Of a stretch of 64,000 nt of DNA, positions 1-8,490 are shown one piece after another; position 1 is the stretch's first letter; every line of letters starts with the position of its first letter. The stretch is from assembly GCA_027452005.1 (NCBI GenBank), contig DAIDHF010000007.1, positions 15,254 to 79,253 on the forward strand, in the 5' to 3' direction. Position numbers and translations under genes: made by a program. Source of the DNA: Acidimicrobiales bacterium. GTDB taxonomy: Bacteria; Actinomycetota; Acidimicrobiia; Acidimicrobiales; JAKAVM01. Below the pieces are notes generated by a model. That model saw only the letters and a list, made by a program, of their open reading frames with translations. It did not search any database and was not told the origin of the DNA.

Positions 1-76
1 GCGCGATCTTACCGAGGCAGAACACACCAGCACTACTCCCCCGTCGACAAAGAGAAAAGGTGAGGCCACTTCCGGT

Positions 77-895
77 ATGTTCCAAACTTCGGCTTTATCT
101 GGGCGTAATATCTCCAAATCATTTGGTGGGATAAAGGCTCTTGACAACGTATCTTTTTCAGCATATCCAGGCCAAGTACTTGGGATTATTGGGTCAAACG
201 GATCAGGAAAGACGACTCTTTTGGACATCTGCTCGGGTATTTCTCTCCCAGCAACTGGACAGATAAGAATGCTCGACCATCAAGTCACTTTTATGCCTAC
301 CCACCAAAGAGCCACAATGGGAATGGCAAGGTCTTTTCAGAATTCTGATCTATTCCCCAATCTAACCCCTTTTGAAGTTCTCGCTGCCGCCATAGAGACT
401 CCAAATACCCTCGTCGATCCATTGGCCTACGCGATTAGAATCAAGCAAGCTCGGCACCATGAAAAGGCAGTCAAACATCGCACGTTTGAAGTCCTTGAAG
501 AATTTGGAATTGAAGATATTGGGTTTGAAACTATTTCCTCACTTAGCAACCTTCACCGACGTCTCTTAGAACTTGCCTGTGTTCTTGCAAGCAAGCCTCG
601 GATAGTACTGCTCGACGAACCGACGGTAGGAGTCTCCCAGCGCCAACGGGGAGCTCTTGGCGATCTCTTGCAGGTAATAAAGCGCACAACTCGAACGACG
701 ATTGTAATGGTTGAGCATGATATTCCCTTGATCAGCCAGTTAGCTGATTCTCTAGTATGCCTACACCTCGGCAAGGTAATAAGTTCTGGAACTCCGAGTA
801 CGGTGCTAAGGGATAAGGTGGTTCTCGACTCCTATTTAGGTGTTTTGGCAAGGTCGCCAGTAGGCAATTCTCAGCACCAACCATCCAAGTCATGA
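77..895 (+). CDS. ABC transporter ATP-binding protein (LivG/LivF-like)
   Basis: 272-aa ORF with Walker A GSNGSGKTT, Q-loop RSFQ, Walker B IVLLDEPTVGVS and H-loop VMVEHD. The signature motif is divergent (LSNLHRR). No permease gene lies inside the window. Confidence 0.8.
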   Translation: MFQTSALSGRNISKSFGGIKALDNVSFSAYPGQVLGIIGSNGSGKTTLLDICSGISLPATGQIRMLDHQVTFMPTHQRATMGMARSFQNSDLFPNLTPFEVLAAAIETPNTLVDPLAYAIRIKQARHHEKAVKHRTFEVLEEFGIEDIGFETISSLSNLHRRLLELACVLASKPRIVLLDEPTVGVSQRQRGALGDLLQVIKRTTRTTIVMVEHDIPLISQLADSLVCLHLGKVISSGTPSTVLRDKVVLDSYLGVLARSPVGNSQHQPSKS

Positions 896-3825
896 CAATG
901 CAGCCTGGTACTTCTTCTATGCTTTCTGAGCCCGAATACTATCAGCTACTATCAGTATGCGCTTCTCTGATTGAACTATACGCTTCTGAATCCATAACGA
1001 TATGGAAGTTTTATTCAACCAACCGAGATCAGTCGGACGGACTGGTAACGCTCATCGGCGGACTAAACCTAGATGGCACACAAATCACTACTTCACCACA
1101 ATACCAGTCTATTCCGATTACAGAATTTCCTTCTATTGTGAGCTCAATGGACTTAGGTGGATCTATTGGGCCAGGCCTGTCTAGCCTCGGGTCTTTGGCA
1201 GAGGCGCGCTTCAAATTAGAAGCTGGCTTACAATCCCTGGAAGCTGAGCCGGTCCGAGCCAATGGTATGACAGTGGGGTTTATCCTAATTAGTCCTCCCA
1301 GGTTATTTGATACCGATAGATCGGCAATACTTCCTGCTATTGTGGCACCACTTCGTAAACTTTTGAGCCAAGAACTAGTCCCCGATATTCGGAACGACAC
1401 TTACTACTTGGCAAGCCTCGCTGCCCAATGTATTCGGACCGGGTCTTTACAACAATCACTTCAGACGATAGCAAAGTCCGTTTCTAATCGAATGCACTCT
1501 AAAGGTGGATCGATCTGGCTAGTTGATAGTTGGAGAGATTTATTTGACTCATCAACTTCACACATGCTGAAAGATATTCGCCATAGATTTATCATCAATG
1601 AAGTGCTCGACGAGCTAAGTTATAACCGAATTCGACCGGCCGTATTATACTCATCTGTACAGTCCCACTCTTCCACTGAACTAATTGATCTCACCTGTGA
1701 TGATTCAGGAAACATTAGCTGCCTTGAGAAATTCCTGAACTCTCAAGTACCCGTACTCGTAGAGAGCAAACTTCCGTTGGAGCCTGCGGTATGGGTGGAA
1801 ATAGTTGGTATATCAGTTACGTGCTACTCAGTGACTGTTGGCGTTATCGCCTTTGAACTTGGCGGCACTGGATCATTTGGTCCCGCCGACTACTACCTCC
1901 TTAGCGAGGTGTCTCACCTAATTGACTTGCTTATGAGGTATTTTTCATCGGCACAAGGTCTTTCAATGGCATTACAGCCGGAGACTAGCGTTAGTTGGGC
2001 CACCATTGAAAATATTGATCAAAGCGATCTGGGACTTCAAAGAATTGAACGTAATATCTGTGATGTACTTCAATGCAGCAGCGTTGAAGTTCTTCCGAAT
2101 GATTCAACCGTAGGCACCGGTCCTTACGCACTAAGCTGTGTTGTAGATAGCTTTAGGTCACGAACAGTGCACGTCACTAAAGATATGTGGGCGACCGAAG
2201 GGTTTTCGGATAATTCCGGAGAACTCGTTCGAGATGCTGACGGAAACTCCAGATTTATCTATTCCAATCCTCAGATCCAATCAGGACCTAAACCTATTAT
2301 GCGGGGCTGTGTAGCAGTACCAATTTTCAGCAGATCCGATACAAACTTTGTTATCTTGGCCGGAAACCCGACAAAACCACTTGAACTTAATTCATATCAA
2401 ATTGACTATCTTGATTTCGTTTCTGCCGATGGCTCCTTGGCTAATTTTATACTTGACCTTAGAAGACGTTCTTCGATTTCGGACAAACTTTTAGCGTCCG
2501 ATTTAATCTATGACCCGATAGCTGGCTTATCAAATACAGTACTATTCTATGACCGTCTTGAGCATTCAATGAGACATGCTGAACGTGAACAGTCACCCAT
2601 TGCTATGTTGCTCATAGATATCGTCAATTTCTCAGACATAAATTTTACCATGGGATATCGCTCTGGGAATGTTATCTTGAAGGAGCTTGCTGACCGACTG
2701 AAGACTACGCTGCGGGACTGCGACTACTTGTCGCGAGTTTCTGAAGACACTTTCGCGGTGGTGATGACAACCGGCGTCTCAGATGTTGGCTTAGATAAGG
2801 TAGTTACAAGATTAAAGGATGTATTGGGATTACCTTTTTATGTAGATAATCAAGCGATACTACTTTCGTTTTACCTAGCACCTTTTGGCTGGTTGGGAGG
2901 TCCGGTCGATTCGACAGAGTTTTTCAACATGTCCTATAGAGAGTTTCAAGCTACAAAGCTCTCGGTGATGGATTCTGAAAGCGTTAAACGTTTATCGGAC
3001 CAAGAAGATCAATTTGTTCCTCTTCAGCTAGCAATTTCGCATGAGGATATCCTCCAAGGGTTTTCGAACGGTCAATTTATACTCGAGTATCTTCCTCAAA
3101 TAGCACTCGCAAACAAAGACGTATCTACATTTGAAGCTTTGATCCGCTGGAATCATCCTCGTTTTGGTAAACTCTCCCCAGGACAGTTTTTGCACTATAT
3201 TCAAGGTAGCGAGCTGGAATGGGAGTTGACACGGTGGGTCATTGAAACAGCTGCAGACCAGTGTCTGGAGTGGTACTTAGGCGGCCTCACTACAAGTGTG
3301 TCAATCAATCTAACTAGCAATGACATATTGAATTATCCTCTTGCTGAAACCGTTGAAAGAGTTATAGAAATGACCCATTTGGCTCCTCGGCAGATTGTCC
3401 TTGAAATGTCAGAGGAGACCGTTAGAGATCCGGCTATTAGATCATCTGGTTCGTTAAATATACTTAGAACCTTAGGCGTTAGAGTTTCCATTGATAACTG
3501 TGGTAGTGGGCGGGTCGCCCCACTTTACTTAGCTAAAATGCCGGTAGATCAGATTAAACTAGACAACTCGTTACTTACTCTAGACGATCCCAAAGATATT
3601 GATCTCGTTCAAAAGATAGTCCAACTTGGTCACGAGTTTGGAGTTCTTATAGTGGCTGAAGCCATTGAGGAGAACCAAAGAATGGATAAAATGATTGAAC
3701 TTGGAGTCGATGAACTTCAAGGATTTCGAATCTCGGAACCCTTACCCACCGAAACCGTAATTGAGTGGACCCAAAACTATAGGAAACGAGCTGGAATACC
3801 GACGTCAATTGATTGGCGGGGCTAA
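892..3825 (+). CDS. Cytoplasmic c-di-GMP signalling protein: ~530-aa N-terminal sensory region + degenerate GGDEF + EAL domain
   Basis: EAL-domain motifs are present (FEALIRW, SINLT, LEMSEE, SIDNCGSG, IKLD, VAEAIEE, LQGF). In the preceding GGDEF-like domain GGDEF is replaced by SEDTF and GHxxGD by GYRSGN. I saw no TM segment. The start overlaps the upstream stop (ATGA). Confidence 0.8.
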   Translation: MTMQPGTSSMLSEPEYYQLLSVCASLIELYASESITIWKFYSTNRDQSDGLVTLIGGLNLDGTQITTSPQYQSIPITEFPSIVSSMDLGGSIGPGLSSLGSLAEARFKLEAGLQSLEAEPVRANGMTVGFILISPPRLFDTDRSAILPAIVAPLRKLLSQELVPDIRNDTYYLASLAAQCIRTGSLQQSLQTIAKSVSNRMHSKGGSIWLVDSWRDLFDSSTSHMLKDIRHRFIINEVLDELSYNRIRPAVLYSSVQSHSSTELIDLTCDDSGNISCLEKFLNSQVPVLVESKLPLEPAVWVEIVGISVTCYSVTVGVIAFELGGTGSFGPADYYLLSEVSHLIDLLMRYFSSAQGLSMALQPETSVSWATIENIDQSDLGLQRIERNICDVLQCSSVEVLPNDSTVGTGPYALSCVVDSFRSRTVHVTKDMWATEGFSDNSGELVRDADGNSRFIYSNPQIQSGPKPIMRGCVAVPIFSRSDTNFVILAGNPTKPLELNSYQIDYLDFVSADGSLANFILDLRRRSSISDKLLASDLIYDPIAGLSNTVLFYDRLEHSMRHAEREQSPIAMLLIDIVNFSDINFTMGYRSGNVILKELADRLKTTLRDCDYLSRVSEDTFAVVMTTGVSDVGLDKVVTRLKDVLGLPFYVDNQAILLSFYLAPFGWLGGPVDSTEFFNMSYREFQATKLSVMDSESVKRLSDQEDQFVPLQLAISHEDILQGFSNGQFILEYLPQIALANKDVSTFEALIRWNHPRFGKLSPGQFLHYIQGSELEWELTRWVIETAADQCLEWYLGGLTTSVSINLTSNDILNYPLAETVERVIEMTHLAPRQIVLEMSEETVRDPAIRSSGSLNILRTLGVRVSIDNCGSGRVAPLYLAKMPVDQIKLDNSLLTLDDPKDIDLVQKIVQLGHEFGVLIVAEAIEENQRMDKMIELGVDELQGFRISEPLPTETVIEWTQNYRKRAGIPTSIDWRG

Positions 3826-3863
3826 TCACGATGTCCCTTTATCGCCTCACAGTTTAGTCCGGG

Positions 3864-4424
3864 TTAAATTGGGTCAATCCCAAGATCTTGGTAAGTAAGC
3901 AGTGGATAATAGGGAACGTCCAGGCGGTGAAATTCAGCTTTAGCCCGCGATCCTCGGTCCAACAAGGAGGTTGCGGCAACCACATTCGCTTGAGCTTGCT
4001 TTACTGCCCCATAGGCCTGAATGATAGAAGCACCCGAGGTGACCACGTCTTCAACCAATAACACGGCTGAGTTGGGTGTAACTTGAGATCCCTCTATCTT
4101 ATTTCCGGTCCCGTGAGATTTTTCCTGTTTGCGTACTGAAAACCAACCCAATTGACGTTCAATCGCAATCGCGTGAGAAATAGGATCTGCCCCCATAGTT
4201 AGGCCACCAACCAACTCAAAGGTAAGGCCAATGCTATCAAACATTGCCAAAATCGCATTCGCAGCTACCCTCAAATCTGATCCACTACCGAGCGCTTTCC
4301 TGCAGTCCACGTAATCGTGGCTAAATCCGCCAGAAGATAGCTGAAAGGGTTGATCTCGCCTCTGATATCCCTTTCCCAAGATTATAGCTATGACCTGGTC
4401 TTTTAGGTCTTGAACTTCTATCAT
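3864..4424 (-). CDS. pyrE: Orotate phosphoribosyltransferase
   Basis: 186 aa with PRPP-binding loop VLLVEDVVTSGAS, plus FQLSSGGFSHDYVDCR, VGGLTMGADP and VRKQEKSHGTGNKIEGS. It is collinear with the short actinobacterial PyrE as I remember it. Confidence 0.75.
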   Translation of the reverse strand: MIEVQDLKDQVIAIILGKGYQRRDQPFQLSSGGFSHDYVDCRKALGSGSDLRVAANAILAMFDSIGLTFELVGGLTMGADPISHAIAIERQLGWFSVRKQEKSHGTGNKIEGSQVTPNSAVLLVEDVVTSGASIIQAYGAVKQAQANVVAATSLLDRGSRAKAEFHRLDVPYYPLLTYQDLGIDPI

Positions 4425-4453
4425 AACTCTATCCTGATTGAGACTATCTAATT

Positions 4454-5470
4454 TTGCAAATCATCAAGTGCGGTCAAATGAAGCTCACGCCAATTGACAC
4501 CATTTGTCCGGCAAGGCGCCTAAACTTGAGCTTGATGCTAGCTGCAAACCTTGGCCCTGATCCAAACCCCCAATTCCAAGCCCGAACACATTTTCAGGCC
4601 ATCGTTTCAACCGCTCGACCAAAGCAGTGGATAAAGAATGTTCTTGTTTTTGCCGCTCCCGGAGCTGCCGGAGTTCTCTCGCATGGAACAAAACTTTCGC
4701 AAAGCGTTGCGACATTTTTGCTTTTTTGTGCCATGGCCTCGGGAGTATATTTTTTAAACGATTCTTTGGATGCGGCTGCCGACAGATTGCACCACACAAA
4801 ACGCTTTAGACCAGTCGCAAATGGAGAGCTTTCAGTTTCATTAGCAACGACAATTGGGGTAGTCCTAATTATCGTGTCCCTCCTAGCTGGAAGTATATTT
4901 GTAACACCAAGATTACTTTTCGTAATGGGTACTTACGTAGTTATCAATATTAGCTACTGCTTGTGGCTTAAGCATGAACCTGTAGTAGATATGGTCGCGG
5001 TAGCATCCGGATTTGCCCTTAGAGCTATCGCTGGTGGAATTGCGACCGGGGTTATCCTGTCTGACTGGTTTTTGATTGTTACCATGTCCGGCTCCTTATT
5101 TATGGTGGCAGGAAAACGACATGCCGAACATGTGGACCTTGGCGTAGAGCGCGCCAGCCATCGGTCTACACTTTCCCAGTACTCACTTGCCTATCTCAGA
5201 TACGTCAGGGCAGTTTCTTCAGGAGTTACCCTTACCGCTTATTGCCTGTGGGCTTTTGAGAAAGCCGCTCATCCCGGAGACCAGTCTATATTTTTTCGAC
5301 TTTCAATTGTACCGTTTTTGATTATTGTTTTGCGCTATGCACTTATTCTTGACACTGGCAAGGGAGGTGCTCCTGAGGAAATTGTCCTGGGCGACCGCCG
5401 CCTTCAAATTACCGGTCTTATTTGGTTGGCTGTATTTTTGCTTGGAGTATACTGGCCAGGACCGAGATGA
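4454..5470 (+). CDS. UbiA-family polyprenyl-phosphate 5-phosphoribosyltransferase (decaprenyl-phosphate phosphoribosyltransferase-like, Rv3806c type)
   Basis: Polytopic membrane protein with RPKQWIKNVLVF and the Asp-rich motif NDSLDAAADRLHHTKRFRPVANGEL. It sits directly upstream of dprE1/dprE2. The start is uncertain: TTG 4454 in the ORF track, with ATG 4478 or a later Met also possible. Confidence 0.8.
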   Translation: MQIIKCGQMKLTPIDTICPARRLNLSLMLAANLGPDPNPQFQARTHFQAIVSTARPKQWIKNVLVFAAPGAAGVLSHGTKLSQSVATFLLFCAMASGVYFLNDSLDAAADRLHHTKRFRPVANGELSVSLATTIGVVLIIVSLLAGSIFVTPRLLFVMGTYVVINISYCLWLKHEPVVDMVAVASGFALRAIAGGIATGVILSDWFLIVTMSGSLFMVAGKRHAEHVDLGVERASHRSTLSQYSLAYLRYVRAVSSGVTLTAYCLWAFEKAAHPGDQSIFFRLSIVPFLIIVLRYALILDTGKGGAPEEIVLGDRRLQITGLIWLAVFLLGVYWPGPR

Positions 5471-6879
5471 AAGAACAGATGCAAAAATTGTCAGGTTGGG
5501 GACGCACTCCCACGGCCATGAGTAACGTGGTTACTCCAGAAAGCCCTGAGGAGCTTCGATCAGCGTTACGGCACTTTGCCCCTGGAGCACTTAGAAGTGG
5601 AATGATTGCTCGAGGCTTGGGACGGAGTTACGGTGATGCAGCGCAATGCAGTGGGGGCACTGTATTTGACATGTCCGGGCAAGAGGTTTTGCTACGCGAA
5701 GACCTTGAGTCTGGAGTTATTTCAGTTTCATCTGGAATGTCTATAAATTCGTTACTTACCTATTTGATACCAAAAGGGTGGTTTTTACCCGTAACACCTG
5801 GTACAAGCTTTGTCACACTCGGAGGAGCCCTTGCGTGTGACGTCCATGGCAAAAATCACCACCAAGATGGTTCTATAGGGTCTCACGTACGCGAGTTCAA
5901 ACTTCTAACTCCGTCAGGTATCGTTAACGCAAAGCCATCCGACGATACTAGCGAGATTTTTTGGGCCACGGTTGGTGGACTCGGTCTTACCGGAATTGTC
6001 GAGCAAGTTGAGCTTTCCTTGCTGCCAATTGAATCAGACCAAATGCTTGTCACAACCCAGAGGGCCCAAAATCTAGATGAGCTAATTGAACTTATGAGTT
6101 CTACTGACAATCTCTATAGGTACTCGGTAGCTTGGATTGATTGTTTGGCCACTGGAGGGGCCTTGGGAAGGTCGGTCCTTACCCAAGCCAACCATGCCAC
6201 AAGTAGCGACATGCCCCGTAAGACCACTCGGGGAGTTTCAGGACTATTACACCAGTCCATAAGTGGATTTAGAAATTCCACATCAAAACAACTAAGGACC
6301 CGTATTTCCATACCTGTAACACCTCCGGTATCAACACTTAACCGCCTCTCTGTATCTGCATTCAACGAGGTATGGTACCGGAAGTCTCCTGCCAAATCGT
6401 GCACTGAACTAAGTCCTATTCCAAAGTTTTTTTATCCTTTAGACGCAATAGGACACTGGAACCGTCTTTATGGCAAGAATGGATTTATTCAATATCAGTT
6501 CGTAGTACCCTTTGGCTGTGAGCCAGAATTGCGTTCAATACTTGAAATTCTTAGCTCTTCAAGACTGTCTTCGTTTTTGGCAGTTCTAAAACGGTTTGGC
6601 CTTCCTAGTGGAGGCTATCTTTCCTTTCCTACTCCCGGTTGGACACTTGCTGTGGATATCGGTCTGGCCAATCCAAGAGTAGGTTCAATCCTAGATCAGC
6701 TGGATGAAATTGTAGTAGGCGCAAAAGGCAGGGTATATCTTGCTAAAGACTCCCGGCTTGATCCGAGGCATGTCGAAAGGATGTATCCGGAACTTGAAAA
6801 ATGGAGAGCCATCCGAGATCGGCTTGATCCAAAACGTCTTATGGCATCAGATCTGTCAAGGCGACTTGAGCTTATCTGA
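5467..6879 (+). CDS. dprE1: Decaprenylphosphoryl-beta-D-ribose 2'-oxidase (FAD-dependent)
   Basis: Motifs GWGRTP, GRSYGDAAQ, CDVHGKNHH and C-terminal YLAKDSRLD. ATG 5467 overlaps the upstream stop (ATGA), so the ORF-track start at 5422 is probably an over-extension. Confidence 0.85.
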   Translation: MKEQMQKLSGWGRTPTAMSNVVTPESPEELRSALRHFAPGALRSGMIARGLGRSYGDAAQCSGGTVFDMSGQEVLLREDLESGVISVSSGMSINSLLTYLIPKGWFLPVTPGTSFVTLGGALACDVHGKNHHQDGSIGSHVREFKLLTPSGIVNAKPSDDTSEIFWATVGGLGLTGIVEQVELSLLPIESDQMLVTTQRAQNLDELIELMSSTDNLYRYSVAWIDCLATGGALGRSVLTQANHATSSDMPRKTTRGVSGLLHQSISGFRNSTSKQLRTRISIPVTPPVSTLNRLSVSAFNEVWYRKSPAKSCTELSPIPKFFYPLDAIGHWNRLYGKNGFIQYQFVVPFGCEPELRSILEILSSSRLSSFLAVLKRFGLPSGGYLSFPTPGWTLAVDIGLANPRVGSILDQLDEIVVGAKGRVYLAKDSRLDPRHVERMYPELEKWRAIRDRLDPKRLMASDLSRRLELI

Positions 6880-6890
6880 AAGGAAGTGTA

Positions 6891-7706
6891 TTGAAGAATT
6901 CCCTCGGGCAACCCCAAAGCGTTCTGGTATTGGGAGGTTCATCTGATATCGCCAAAGCTACGGTGAAAAGGCTTATTGCCCAACGTTGTAGGCGTGTCCT
7001 ATTAGCGGGACGTCGACAAGATGAACTGGACTCGGCGGCAAATGAGATTTTATCGTCAATTGTTCCAACCCTTAACGCAAGTTCACCCGCACCCGAGATA
7101 TCTGGAAGTCTAACTAATAGTATTCCAGAGGTTTTTACCGGATATTTTGACGCTTTTGATCGGAAGAATCACCACAATATGATTGAGGAGTGTTTTTCCA
7201 AGCTTGGACAAATTGACCTTGTCGTCATTGCATTTGGGCTCCTCGGTGACGAGAATCTAGATGATCCTTCCAGCGTTTTGAACGTAATCGATACCAACTA
7301 TAGTGGAGTAGTTTCGTGCCTCTTACAGGTGGCTCACCAACTGAAAACTCAAGGCGGAGGTGAGATTGTTGTTCTATCATCGGTGGCGGGGGTACGAGTT
7401 CGAGAGTCAAATCTTGTCTACGGATCGTCTAAGGCAGCTATTGACAGCTTCTGTCAGGGATTTGCCGAAAAGATTGAAGGCGATGGCATTCGACTGCACA
7501 TTGTAAGACCCGGTTTTATACATACCAAAATGACCAGAGCTATGAAACCGTCACCACTATCACGACAACCCGAAGATGTGGCTAATGCAATCGTTCAGAC
7601 CCTAGGAACCGACAAGGTGATTATCTGGGTACCACCCGCAATCCGTCTGGTATTTATGATTCTCCAGGCATTACCGAGATCAATTTTTAGAAAGTTACCT
7701 ATATAA
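6891..7706 (+). CDS. dprE2: Decaprenylphospho-2'-keto-ribose reductase (SDR family)
   Basis: Rossmann loop LGGSSDIAKA and SDR catalytic YGSSKAA. It lies immediately downstream of dprE1. It has a TTG start. Confidence 0.8.
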   Translation: MKNSLGQPQSVLVLGGSSDIAKATVKRLIAQRCRRVLLAGRRQDELDSAANEILSSIVPTLNASSPAPEISGSLTNSIPEVFTGYFDAFDRKNHHNMIEECFSKLGQIDLVVIAFGLLGDENLDDPSSVLNVIDTNYSGVVSCLLQVAHQLKTQGGGEIVVLSSVAGVRVRESNLVYGSSKAAIDSFCQGFAEKIEGDGIRLHIVRPGFIHTKMTRAMKPSPLSRQPEDVANAIVQTLGTDKVIIWVPPAIRLVFMILQALPRSIFRKLPI

Positions 7707-7726
7707 GTACTTTGTACTGTCTTGAG

Positions 7727-8490
7727 CTAGTTGCCCACGCGCAATGCAACTGAGGCGATCGTTCCCGAATATCCAGGATCAGGCACTGAAAGATCCCCGT
7801 AAAGCGGGGCATCCCCGAATGCGTGGACCTCGCCGTTTGACGTAGCAATTTCATATCCAAGCCCATCTGGAGTGGTCACCATCGAGGTAGCAGTTGAATA
7901 AACGGCTTCCCCGGGGAGAGAGCCGTAGTATTGCGCGTCACCAAAAGCAAAGATCCCCCCGTCAGATGCCACTAGCCAATACCCCTGGCCGCTGCTCGTC
8001 GAACTCATCGAGATAATGGGTTCGTTCAAAGTCATGGCCCCAGTTGACCCATAGAACTGGGCATCGCCAAAGGCGAAGATTCCTCCGTCGGCAGCCACTA
8101 ACCAATATCCCTTCCCGTCAGGAGTTGAAGTCATTCCAACAATTGGCCGAGTTAGGCTTTTACCACCCATGGACCCATAGAACTGACCATCGCCAAAAGC
8201 AAAGATTCCTCCGTCGCTCGCAACTAACCAATATCCCTTGCCGTCAGGTGTTGACGTTATCGCAACTATAGGATTCAGTGAAAGTCCTTTCACGTTTCCG
8301 TAATCGATCGCATCCCCAAAGGCATACACGGAGCCATCGGTTCCGGCAAGCCAGTAACCGTTCATATCTAGCGTAGGTACGATTCCTACAATAGATCCAT
8401 TTATCGCTTTACCACTGAGTGATCCAAATGACCCGGCCTGACCAAAGGGAAATACGGAGCCCGTAGAGGAGACAAGCCAGTATCCATCAG
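7727..8490 (-). repeat. Coding tandem repeat with a 126-nt (42-aa) period, six units; best conserved units at ~7920-8297
   Basis: The block gacccatagaactg...gccaaa.gc.aagattcctccgtc recurs at 8046 and 8172, an offset of 126 nt. A related unit starts near 7920. The encoded repeats are listed under the CDS. Confidence 0.8.

Noticed and set aside
3864-4424. The PRTase divergent from the UbiA-like gene, considered as a dedicated member of the arabinose-donor pathway
   Set aside because: The sequence is collinear with canonical short PyrE (orotate PRTase). Adjacency to another PRPP-using gene is noted, but a pathway role is not supported.
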